Source: Phycisphaerae bacterium (GTDB lineage Bacteria > Planctomycetota > Phycisphaerae > UBA1845 > Fen-1342). Taken from it: DNA of 37,168 nucleotides. The translations under genes were made by a program, and so were the position numbers. Positions 9,626-18,195 of this stretch are shown here, piece by piece (the first letter of the stretch is position 1; each line of letters opens with the position of its first letter). Under the pieces are notes generated by a model. The model searched no databases. It saw nothing but the letters and a program-made list of their open reading frames with translations, and had not been told where the DNA came from. Where the stretch lies: assembly GCA_050115495.1 (NCBI GenBank), contig JASFQK010000052.1, positions 1-37,168 of the forward strand, given 5' to 3'.

Positions 9626-11413
9626 ATGGTTCAGTGCGCGGGCGCAAGAGTGGCGGGCGTGTTGGCGGCGTTGGCGTCGGTGGCGGCGGTTGGATCGGCT
9701 GCGGCCGGTTCGCCTGTGGCCCTGGTGTTCGAGACCGCCGACAAGTGGACACACGCGACGGGAGCGGTGGAGGCGTTGACCGCGGCCGGATTCGAGGTGC
9801 GACCCTGGTCGCCGGACAGCACGTTCGACGGCGTGAACCTGCTGGTCTTCGGCAGTTTCGCCAGCGAGTCGCCCGAATACGCCCGCCTGGCCCGGGACAA
9901 GCGGACGGAGCTGCTGGCGTTTATAGAGCGCGGCGGTGTGCTGCTGCACATGACGCAGGCCGATCAAACCGAAGAAGCGCCGCTGTTCCTGCCGGACGGG
10001 GTGATCGCCCGGCGCGGCGACGCCGATCTGGACGCGTTGATCGTGCTGGATGGGCAGCACCCGTTGCTGAGCGGCCTGCCCACGGAAAAGACCGGCGACC
10101 AGGCCGAGATCCGTTTGCCGAAGCACTTGTCGCGCCCGCCGAACTGGGAGAGCTTCGAAGAGCAGCGGGGATTCCATGTGTTGCTCGCGTCCGACACGCA
10201 CCGGCACCACGCGGCCCTGCTGGAAGCGGCATTGGGCAAGGGCCGGCTGGTGCTGACGTCGCTGTTCCTGGACAAGCGGCTCGGGGCCGCGGGTGAACCC
10301 ATCGGCGAGCCGGCGTTTCGGCAGGCGTCGGACCGGTTCTTCGCGAATCTGCGGATGTACGTCGAGGCGGTCGCCGCCGGCCGGGCGCCCCACGTGACGG
10401 CCAGTGAGCCCTACGGCCCACCGCCGCCGCTGCCGTTCGTGGAGGGCTCGTTCACGATCGTGGCGCTGCCGGACACACAGGTCTACGCGGAGAGCTATCC
10501 CGACCTGTTCGAGGCGCAGACGCGCTGGATCGTCGAGAACCGCACAGCCCGCAACATCGTCTTCGTCGTCCAGCTCGGCGACGTCACCAACCGCAACACG
10601 CGCGAGCAATGGGAGAACGCCCGCCGGGCGATAAGCCGGCTCGACGGTCACGTCCCCTACGCCATCGCCCCGGGTAACCACGACTGCGGCCCTGGCGGCG
10701 GCATGCAGAACCGCGAGACGCTCCTCAACGAGTACTTCCCGCCCGAGACGTTCGCGAAGCAACCGACGTTCGGCGGCCTGTACGAACCGGGGCACCTGGA
10801 GAACACGTATCACCTGTTCAGCGCCGGCGGGCGCGAGTGGATCGTCGTCGCCCTCGAGTTCGGCCCGCGCGACCCCGTTGTCGAATGGGCCGACCGCGTC
10901 CTGCGCGAACATGCCGACCGCGTGGCCATCATCATCACGCACGCGTACATGTACTACGACGACACGCGGTACGACCACGTACGGCACCCGGAACAGAAGT
11001 GGAGCCCATACGCGTCTCCGTCGGCCAAACTCCCCGGCGGAACGAACGACGGCGAGGAGTTGTGGCGCAAGCTCGTCGCCACCCGCGACAACGTCGCCTT
11101 CGTGTTGTCCGGACATGTCCTCAACGATGGGGCCGGCCGCCTCAGCAGCCCGACGCCCCAGGGCAACGTCGTCCACCAGATTCTCGCGAATTACCAGATG
11201 CGGACACGCGGCGGCGAGGGGTACCTGCGCCTGATCGAGTTCCTCCCCGACGGGCGAACGGTGCAGGTGAAGACCTACTCGCCGGACCTGGACCGTTACC
11301 TGACGGACGAGCAGCAGCAGTTCCGGCTGGAGCTGACGCCGCCGTTGCATGCCCCGCCGGCCACGGCCGCCGGGGCGAATGGCGGGTTGCCGGCCTCGGC
11401 GGCCGGGGGATAA
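9626..11413 (+). CDS. Exported calcineurin-like metallophosphoesterase with an extra N-terminal alpha/beta domain
   Basis: Signal peptide; LPDTQ, QLGD, PGNHD, ITH, SGH motifs; N-terminal segment (LLAFIERGGVLL) resembles class-I GATase-like domains; start uncertain. Confidence 0.82.
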   Translation: MVQCAGARVAGVLAALASVAAVGSAAAGSPVALVFETADKWTHATGAVEALTAAGFEVRPWSPDSTFDGVNLLVFGSFASESPEYARLARDKRTELLAFIERGGVLLHMTQADQTEEAPLFLPDGVIARRGDADLDALIVLDGQHPLLSGLPTEKTGDQAEIRLPKHLSRPPNWESFEEQRGFHVLLASDTHRHHAALLEAALGKGRLVLTSLFLDKRLGAAGEPIGEPAFRQASDRFFANLRMYVEAVAAGRAPHVTASEPYGPPPPLPFVEGSFTIVALPDTQVYAESYPDLFEAQTRWIVENRTARNIVFVVQLGDVTNRNTREQWENARRAISRLDGHVPYAIAPGNHDCGPGGGMQNRETLLNEYFPPETFAKQPTFGGLYEPGHLENTYHLFSAGGREWIVVALEFGPRDPVVEWADRVLREHADRVAIIITHAYMYYDDTRYDHVRHPEQKWSPYASPSAKLPGGTNDGEELWRKLVATRDNVAFVLSGHVLNDGAGRLSSPTPQGNVVHQILANYQMRTRGGEGYLRLIEFLPDGRTVQVKTYSPDLDRYLTDEQQQFRLELTPPLHAPPATAAGANGGLPASAAGG

Positions 11414-12570
11414 TGACCGGCGCCATGTTCCGCGGTTTCCGGCACACTCTGTTCCTGCTGCTGCAACTGGGCATCGTGCTCAGCGCGGCCGTGGCGTGGC
11501 TGGTGCAGCCATCGGCGTGGCAAGCCATCGCGATCTGCACCGCCGGCGGCATGGTCGTCGTCTGGATCTGCGAACGCCTCGCCCGGCGATGGCTACGGGC
11601 CACCGTCGGCCGGCTGCGGCGCGTGGCCGACGACATCAGCCACGGCCGCCCGGCACCAACGCTCGCCACTCAGCCCGGCGACGATCTGTACAAGCTCGCC
11701 GGCGCGATCAACCTGCTCGCCGCCCGGCTCGAAGAAGCCACCGCCGAAGAGAAGCGCCTCCAAGAGCAACTGCGCCGCACAGAGCGTCTCGCCTTCCTCG
11801 GCGAGCTCGCCGCCACCGTCGCCCACGAAATCAACAACCCGCTCGACGGCATCCAGAGCTGCGCCCGCATTCTGCGGCGTTCGCTCGACGACCCGCCACG
11901 AGCGGCACAGATGCTCGACCTCATCGACAGCGGTCTCGGCCGGATCGACCTCATCGTTCGCCGGCTGTTGACGCTGGCCCGTCAGCACGTCATCCGGCCG
12001 GTGGAGACGCGCGTCGCGGACGTGCTCGAATCGGCCCTGACGGCGGCGGCGAACCGGATCGAGATGCGCGGGATCCGGGTCGTCCGGCAATTCGAAGCCG
12101 GTCCCGACCGCGTGCTCGCCGACCCACAGCTTCTGGAACAGGTGTTCGTTAACCTGTTCCTCAACGCCGCGGACAGCATGGAAGCCGACGGCGAATTGTC
12201 GATCACGCTGCGGCGGGTGAGCGGGGCGGTGGAGGATCTGGCGGAGGGGCAGGGGCCGGTGCTGGTGGTGGAGGTGCGGGATACGGGCGCGGGCATCCCG
12301 GCCGACGTGCTGCCGCACATCTTCGAGCCTTTCTATACGACGAAGATGGGCGGAAAGGGCACCGGCCTGGGCCTGCCGATCGCCGCCCGCATCGTCGACG
12401 CCCACCGCGGGGCGATCGACGTCGAGTCCGAGTCCGGCCGGGGCACCGTGTTCACCGTCCGGCTGCCGGCGCTACGGCGGGGCGGTCGGCCGGCCGACGA
12501 GAGCCGCTCGGCGGTGCCGCAAGCGAGCCCGCCCCCGACCGAATCCCTCCCCAGCAGCGTCCGCGATTGA
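11413..12570 (+). CDS. Membrane sensor histidine kinase (2 TM, HAMP, HisKA, HATPase)
   Basis: TAATG overlap with the upstream stop; AHEINNPL H-box, QVFVNLFLNA N-box, DTGAG, FEPFYTTK, GTGLGL. Confidence 0.93.
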   Translation: MTGAMFRGFRHTLFLLLQLGIVLSAAVAWLVQPSAWQAIAICTAGGMVVVWICERLARRWLRATVGRLRRVADDISHGRPAPTLATQPGDDLYKLAGAINLLAARLEEATAEEKRLQEQLRRTERLAFLGELAATVAHEINNPLDGIQSCARILRRSLDDPPRAAQMLDLIDSGLGRIDLIVRRLLTLARQHVIRPVETRVADVLESALTAAANRIEMRGIRVVRQFEAGPDRVLADPQLLEQVFVNLFLNAADSMEADGELSITLRRVSGAVEDLAEGQGPVLVVEVRDTGAGIPADVLPHIFEPFYTTKMGGKGTGLGLPIAARIVDAHRGAIDVESESGRGTVFTVRLPALRRGGRPADESRSAVPQASPPPTESLPSSVRD

Positions 12571-12743
12571 ATATCGTCGCCGGCCAGGCCGTCCGTACCG
12601 CGGGACCGGCCCGGCTGAGCGCGGCCTCCGGGCGGGCCCCGGCCCTGCGGGATTATCGGGATCGGCCCGGATCGGGCCCTTCGATATCGCGGGTGCCAAC
12701 GTTGCCGGCCAGGCCGTGTCCATAGCAGTGAACAGGTGACCGT

Positions 12744-13382
12744 GTGAAGATTCACCGCTCGACGGAGCCGACGCCCAGTGACGCGGAACTGGTTCGGAGC
12801 ACTTGCGCCGGCGACCGCACCGCGTTCGACCAGTTGATCGAACGCTACCAGCGGCAGGCGACGGCGGTGGCCTACCGGCTGCTGGGCAATCTGCATGACG
12901 CGTTGGAGGTGTGCCAGGACGCCTTCCTGCGAGCCTATCGCAACCTGGGCACCCTGGAAGATGAAAGGCGGTTCGGGCCGTGGCTGTTACGCATCGTGAC
13001 CAACCTGTCGCTGAACTTCCGGCGGGCCCGAGCGGCCGGCGGGCGGCGGGTGTCGTTCGAGGACTGCATCCTCGACGACGGACGGCCACGTGCGGAGCTG
13101 CTGGCGGACAGCCCGAACTCGGACGAGCGGCCCGGAGCGAAGACGGCCGCCGACGAGCTTTCGACGTTCCTGCACGAGGCCATCGCCGAGCTGCCCGAGA
13201 AGCAGCGTATGGCGCTGGTCCTCTTCAGCATCGAGCAATTGCCGCAGAAGGAAGTCGCGGAGATCATGGACTGCGGCGTCGAAGCGGTGAAATGGCACGT
13301 GTTTCAGGCACGCCGGAAGCTGCGCGAGCGGCTGGCGGCGTCTTTCGAGGGTTTCTGCACAGGCGGCGGACGGACTGAATGA
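12744..13382 (+). CDS. ECF sigma-70 factor
   Basis: DALEVCQDAFLRAY, FGPWLLRIVTN (region 2); LPEKQRMAL..KEVAEIM..VKWHVFQARRKL (region 4). Confidence 0.93.
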   Translation: MKIHRSTEPTPSDAELVRSTCAGDRTAFDQLIERYQRQATAVAYRLLGNLHDALEVCQDAFLRAYRNLGTLEDERRFGPWLLRIVTNLSLNFRRARAAGGRRVSFEDCILDDGRPRAELLADSPNSDERPGAKTAADELSTFLHEAIAELPEKQRMALVLFSIEQLPQKEVAEIMDCGVEAVKWHVFQARRKLRERLAASFEGFCTGGGRTE

Positions 13383-14059
13383 ACCGCGAGGCGTTTGAAC
13401 AACTCGTGAACGCGTGGCTGGACGAGCCGGAGCGCGACGATCTGCTCCGCCAGATCGAAGCCGCCGAGCGCGAGGAGCCACCACTGGCGGTGATTCGGAT
13501 CCAGCTTCGGTTGGTGGAGCTGCACGTGAGCCGCCTGCGCGACGTCGAGCTCCCGATCGCCTGGGACCGTCAACGCCGGCGCGTGGCCGAAGCGGTGGCG
13601 TCGGCGGACGACGCCACGGGTGCGGACGCTCGTCTCGACGCCGAGTTGCTGACGCTGCCGGGCGTCGCCGACCGGGTGAACTGGACGGTGTTGCGCCAGC
13701 GGATCAGCGCGGCGGTCGCCGACACCGCGTCCGTTCGGCGGGTGCGGCCGTTGTGGCGCGTGGCGGCAGCGGCGGGGGTGCTGGCGACGGCTGCCGGCTT
13801 GCTGGGGTTGTTGTTGACTTTCCCGCCGACGCCGGTTGTGGCGCCGCGTGGCATCGTCAGTGTGACGGTGCTGGCGCAGATGCCGGCAACGGATAAGGCT
13901 GCGGGGGTTGTCCGGGTGCAGGTCATGGAAGACGCCGGCGCGCCGAAAGTGTCGCCGGTCGTGGAGCCGACGGAATCCGCTCCCGAAGCGTTCTTCATGC
14001 TTTCGCCGCCGAAAGGGATGCTGGCGCTGGCGCCGGCGGAAGGATCAAGCGCTCACTAG
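13379..14059 (+). CDS. Putative single-TM anti-sigma factor
   Basis: ATGA overlap with the sigma gene; N-terminal FEQLVNAWLD; one TM (VAAAAGVLATAAGLLGLLL). Confidence 0.7.
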   Translation: MNREAFEQLVNAWLDEPERDDLLRQIEAAEREEPPLAVIRIQLRLVELHVSRLRDVELPIAWDRQRRRVAEAVASADDATGADARLDAELLTLPGVADRVNWTVLRQRISAAVADTASVRRVRPLWRVAAAAGVLATAAGLLGLLLTFPPTPVVAPRGIVSVTVLAQMPATDKAAGVVRVQVMEDAGAPKVSPVVEPTESAPEAFFMLSPPKGMLALAPAEGSSAH

Positions 14060-14061
14060 AG

Positions 14062-15159
14062 GTGCCTCTCATGCACAGCTCTTCACGAAACGGCTGCTTG
14101 CTGACGATTGCGGCGGTGGTGTCGCTCATGCTGGCCGGGGGGCCGGCAGCCGGAGCGCAGGATCTGCGCGACTTGGTCGAAGAGGTGCTGGACCAGCACA
14201 TCGACACGATCAAGATCGAAGAAACGCCACTGCCGGAAGCCCTGGGCAAGCTCGGCGACGAGACCGGCCTGAGCTTCATCATCGAGCAGGCGAGCGTGGA
14301 CTGGATGCCGTACGGGGCGAACACGCGGGTGTCGATCGACATGCGGGGCGTGTCCGTGCGGCAGGGGCTGGAGCGGACGCTGGCCGGACTCGGGCTGGCC
14401 GCGCGCGTCGAAGCGGACAAGATCGTGATCGTGCCGGGGCCCGCGCTGGAACGGCTCGGTCGGCGGCTGACGATTGACGAAGTGCGCCTGCTGGGGCAGT
14501 TGGCGGAGACGCGATGGGCTGATCTGCCGGCGGAGTCGCGGACTGTGCGGACTGATGGGAAGACGCCCACGCCGGACAAGATTGAAACGGCGGTCGCGGG
14601 TGCGGCGGGGGCCAACGCTGCGGTGCAGCTCGAACGAGCCGGTGAGCAGGGCGGTTGGCGCTGGGTGCCGGAAGAGGGGCACATCCTGGTGTACAGCCAG
14701 GCGAGCGACATCGAACGGCGGCTGGCCCGCACGGTCGATCTGTCCTACGAGGGCGTGCCGCTGGACGAGGTGCTGCTCGATCTCGGGCAACTGGCCGGCG
14801 TGACCATGCGCTTCGAGCCGGGCGTGCTCGTGCAGATTCAGGCGCATGAGCGGCTGGTCAACCTGATCCACCACGGGACGACCGTGCGGCAGACGCTCGA
14901 ACTGCTGTGCGGGTCGGCGGGGACGACGTACCAAATCGCCGACGGCGGCGTGCTGATCGGGCTGGCGGCGGGGAAGGCAACGCCCGGACCGGCGCCGCAG
15001 GGGCGCGTGGTGGCCATACTGCGCGTGCCGGTGGGCGACGATGGCACGTGCGTCGAGTTCCCCTTCTACGAGGACAATCTGCCGCCGGAGTTCTCGAAGC
15101 TGCTCGAACAGAAGCTGCCGGTCGTGCTCGATGAATTGCGGGCCAGGCAGGGGCAATAG
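14062..15159 (+). CDS. Exported protein with two STN/secretin-N0-like domains
   Basis: Signal peptide; repeated ETPLPEALGKLGDETGLSFII and GVPLDEVLLDLGQLAGVTMRF; start is GTG 14062 or ATG 14071. Confidence 0.65.
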   Translation: MPLMHSSSRNGCLLTIAAVVSLMLAGGPAAGAQDLRDLVEEVLDQHIDTIKIEETPLPEALGKLGDETGLSFIIEQASVDWMPYGANTRVSIDMRGVSVRQGLERTLAGLGLAARVEADKIVIVPGPALERLGRRLTIDEVRLLGQLAETRWADLPAESRTVRTDGKTPTPDKIETAVAGAAGANAAVQLERAGEQGGWRWVPEEGHILVYSQASDIERRLARTVDLSYEGVPLDEVLLDLGQLAGVTMRFEPGVLVQIQAHERLVNLIHHGTTVRQTLELLCGSAGTTYQIADGGVLIGLAAGKATPGPAPQGRVVAILRVPVGDDGTCVEFPFYEDNLPPEFSKLLEQKLPVVLDELRARQGQ

Positions 15160-15321
15160 GCGACAGCGCGGGGGGACATCGGGCGGCAGGCAGGGGGGAT
15201 CCGTGGTGCCCAACTGCGCGGGGGCGCTGTATACTCCCGGCCGTCGCCGGCGGCGTGGCGCCGGTGTCGGATTCCCCGATTTACCAGCATGGCCGGCAGT
15301 GGCCACAGGGAGTGTGCAGAG

Positions 15322-16260
15322 ATGGCAGTGGATCTTCGCGGGCGGAACCTCCTGTCGATGAAGGACCTCACGGGCGAGGAGATCGAGGCGATACTGGCCC
15401 GGGCGGCGGAGCTGAAGGCCGACCGCGCCAAGGTCTTCCGGGAGGCACCGCTGGCGGGCAAGACGCTGGCCATGATTTTCCAGAAGCCGTCGCTGCGGAC
15501 GCGCGTGTCGTTCGAGGCCGGCATGACCAATCTCGGCGGGCACGCCATCTACCTCGCCCCGTCGGACATCAAGCTCGGCCAGCGCGAGACGACCGAGGAC
15601 ATCGCCCTGGTGCTGTCGCGCTACGCCGACGTTATCATGGCCCGAGTGTTCGGCCACAACATCGTCGAGGACCTGGCGAAGTACGCCACGGTGCCGGTGA
15701 TCAACGGGCTGAGCGACTTCGAGCATCCGTGCCAGATTCTGGCGGACCTGCTGACCATCAAGGAACGCAAGGGCAAGCTGCGCGGGCTGAGCGCGACATA
15801 CATCGGCGACGGGAACAACGTGGCGCATTCGCTCATGTACGGGGCGGCGCTCGTCGGCATGAGCATGACGATCACCACGCCGCCGGGCTTCGAGCCGAGC
15901 GAGAAGGTGCTGAAGGAGTCGCAGGAGATCGGCGGCAAGACCGGAGCCCGCGTTCGCGTGGTCAACGACATCAAGGAAGGCGTCGCCGGCACGGACGTGC
16001 TGTACACGGACGTCTGGGCGTCGATGGGGCAGGAAGACCAGGCGGCCGAACGGCGGAACAAGTTCGAGGGGTACCAGATCAACTGCGAACTGCTGAGCCT
16101 GGCCAACAAGGGCGCGGTCATTCTGCACTGCCTGCCGGCACACTACGGCGAAGAGATCGACTACGAGGCGTCGCGCACGCCGAACTCGGCGATCTTCGAT
16201 CAGGCAGAGAATCGCATGCACGCCCAAAATGGGTTGTTGGTGATGGTGGCTCGCGGGTAG
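15322..16260 (+). CDS. argF: Ornithine carbamoyltransferase
   Basis: FQKPSLRTRVSFE, HPCQILAD, GDGNNV, DVWASMG, HCLPA, QAENR. Confidence 0.95.
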   Translation: MAVDLRGRNLLSMKDLTGEEIEAILARAAELKADRAKVFREAPLAGKTLAMIFQKPSLRTRVSFEAGMTNLGGHAIYLAPSDIKLGQRETTEDIALVLSRYADVIMARVFGHNIVEDLAKYATVPVINGLSDFEHPCQILADLLTIKERKGKLRGLSATYIGDGNNVAHSLMYGAALVGMSMTITTPPGFEPSEKVLKESQEIGGKTGARVRVVNDIKEGVAGTDVLYTDVWASMGQEDQAAERRNKFEGYQINCELLSLANKGAVILHCLPAHYGEEIDYEASRTPNSAIFDQAENRMHAQNGLLVMVARG

Positions 16261-16367
16261 CAGATACGGGCGTTCGAGCTTGTGAAACAACCTTGGGTGG
16301 GTCGGGCGTCCCGCCCGAAAACTTCAGAGGGCGAAGAGACAGTGGCGCCCCGCAGGCGGAGTCTCTT

Positions 16368-16411
16368 CGCCCGGAGGGCGCACGGTCGTAGCCAGGGACT
16401 TCAGTCCCTGG
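16368..16411. repeat. Isolated REP-like A+B hairpin unit
   Basis: CGCCCGGAGGGCGCACG-GTCGTAG-CCAGGGACTTCAGTCCCTGG matches 25770-25813 at 42 of 44 nt. Confidence 0.9.
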
Positions 16412-16433
16412 AGCGTTCGAGACCCACACTCCT

Positions 16434-16457
16434 CCTTTTCCCTTGTCCCCTTTTCCC
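16434..16457. repeat. Stuttered half-site of the GGGGACA palindrome family
   Basis: Minus strand reads GGGAAAAGGGGACAAGGGAAAAGG. Confidence 0.45.
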
Positions 16458-16533
16458 TACGACCGCAAGGGTCGCTGAACATGGAGCCCGCCGGATCTTA
16501 TCCATGAGGGAGTTCACGCGTAGTAAACGGGGG

Positions 16534-17646
16534 CTAATTCAGACAGAAGTGAGAAATCTCCCACGACAGGTCAAATGCCTGCTCGTAGTAAATGAGGATC
16601 ATTGCACGATCGATCACGTAGCTGAACGCACCGCCAGTCAGAACGCAGAACGGAGGTAAGACAATGTAGGCCGCAATCCAAGAGGCGCGAATAAAGACCC
16701 TGGACCGATCGGCAGCGAGGCAACGGCCGACGATGACGACCGGTAACACGTAGGCGACTACCTTCAACAACAACCAGCACGCTCGCCTGACGGTGATACC
16801 GGTCATGGGTGCAGCGAGAGAAGCCATGGCGACGGCCAGGGCGAGACACCAGACGATCGGGACCACGGCCCAAGCAGCTCGCCCTGTCGCGAGCAGCGCG
16901 CTCTTCCGGGCAGCACTCTCTTTGTAGGTGCACAGTCTCTCCGCACGGGATAGCCGAGTCCAGAGGGACGCGAAGAGCAGAGAGATACACCACACAACCG
17001 GTGGTATCAGCACCAGATCAATTATGTGACCGCACAGGAGCGGCAGCGCGCGCCAACGGCTAAGCCAGTGAAAACCACCGCCATGATGAGCGTCGCAAGG
17101 CCAATTGTCCGGAGGCTCGAGGACGAACTCGTGCGTGCGCGGGTCGAGTGGTGCTGAAACGTTGTTCCCCGAGATGTCGAAGTCATTCAGATACAGGGTG
17201 GAGGAGTATTGTCCTTCTGGCCAGTGACCGTAGCTTGTGGGACCGTAGCTTACGAATCTCAACGGGCTCATGAGCAACAAAACGGCTGCCACGAGAGGAC
17301 CGATGAGAAGCCATCGCCTTCCCCGCTTGCGTTGTGCCCGGAAGAACCGTGAATCGTATCCAGCGGTCCAGAAGGCACGTGGCATCGGCCGCCAAACACA
17401 GATCGCGGCCAGCAGCAAGGACAACGGGGCCCGAAGCACACTACGTGCGGTGCGGCGCTGCTCTTGCTGATCACTTGTTCCGCACTCTGGGCACGTTTGG
17501 GTTGGCGCGGTGAGCGTATACCCACACTTATAACAAGTGCGAAACACTGGAAGCGCGCTTGTTGCGCCAGAGGACGATCTCTGCATGCGTGAGCGAATAT
17601 GCGATAAGCGTACGTCGCCAGACGTACTGGGCCGGCGGTCCATCAT
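16534..17646 (-). CDS. Multi-TM membrane protein with an N-terminal CxxCGY..CPECG zinc ribbon (candidate partner/immunity gene)
   Basis: CYKCGYTLTAPTQTCPECG; several hydrophobic helices; ATG 17646 overlaps the upstream TGA (ATGA); atypical codon usage. Confidence 0.7.
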   Translation of the reverse strand: MMDRRPSTSGDVRLSHIRSRMQRSSSGATSALPVFRTCYKCGYTLTAPTQTCPECGTSDQQEQRRTARSVLRAPLSLLLAAICVWRPMPRAFWTAGYDSRFFRAQRKRGRRWLLIGPLVAAVLLLMSPLRFVSYGPTSYGHWPEGQYSSTLYLNDFDISGNNVSAPLDPRTHEFVLEPPDNWPCDAHHGGGFHWLSRWRALPLLCGHIIDLVLIPPVVWCISLLFASLWTRLSRAERLCTYKESAARKSALLATGRAAWAVVPIVWCLALAVAMASLAAPMTGITVRRACWLLLKVVAYVLPVVIVGRCLAADRSRVFIRASWIAAYIVLPPFCVLTGGAFSYVIDRAMILIYYEQAFDLSWEISHFCLN

Positions 17647-18098
17647 ATCCTCGGTTGTGCCATGGACTGCGAGGCACCGCTGCGCCGACGCGCTGTGCGC
17701 CACCGACGGGCGATCGCACATGCCAGGGGCAATCCAACGGCCACGAAGATCGGGGACCCCATTGGGGATCCATACCACATACACGTTGCATCGCGCGCCT
17801 CACCGGTGACATTGTCTTTGCATTGGCATTCGCCCCCACACTGTTCTGCCGGTTTGGCGTTACATGGGCTGCTCCGACCAGGATCGCCTTCGCTGAACTC
17901 CTTTTCGCCCTCGCAGCAAACGCACCTACAGCTCAAGCCGCTGGGGCCGGCGCGGTGAGCGAGGTTTGAGGCGCAGTACGCATGAACGTCCATGCCATCA
18001 TGATAACCATCGACAGCCGCGAGGTGTCGTGATAACGGGTCTCGCTGAACAAAGCGCTCCGGAACGTACTCGCGCCGCCGAGTACCGTGAACGCGCTC
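17643..18098 (-). pseudogene. Orphan RHS-repeat core end plus Cys-rich C-terminal domain
   Basis: Extending the 17643..17993 frame upstream gives RRREYVPERFVQRDPL..DGYHDGMDVHAYCASNLAHRAGPSGL, matching the RHS core end R.Y.P..GRF.Q.DP..G..DG.N.Y.Y..NP....DPxGL. Confidence 0.75.
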
Positions 18099-18102
18099 GA
18101 AG

Positions 18103-18165
18103 AAAAGAGGGTATTCGGCTTCCTTAGTGCCGACAAAGTAGAATGTTCGTTTTTGTTGTCCCCTC
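18103..18165. repeat. Degenerate palindrome (GGGGACATTCTAC family)
   Basis: AAAAGAGGGTATTCGGCT...AAAGTAGAATGTTCGTTTTTGTTGTCCCCTC. Confidence 0.55.
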
Positions 18166-18195
18166 TTGCGCCCCGCGGACAGCGGGTGCGAGCGG

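Noticed and set aside
8723..11350. Long antisense ORFs (875 aa here; also 1735-3294, 6597-8000, 14083-16290, 29944-31332)
   Set aside because: Shadow frames of well-supported genes in high-GC DNA, with no recognisable motifs
15478..15510. SLRT instead of STRT suggesting an N-acetyl/succinyl-ornithine carbamoyltransferase
   Set aside because: The SMG loop (DVWASMG), HPCQ and HCLPA fit an ordinary OTC
16455..16533. FSDPCG peptide on the minus strand as a second RHS remnant
   Set aside because: Too short, preceded by an in-frame stop, and lacks the other core residues
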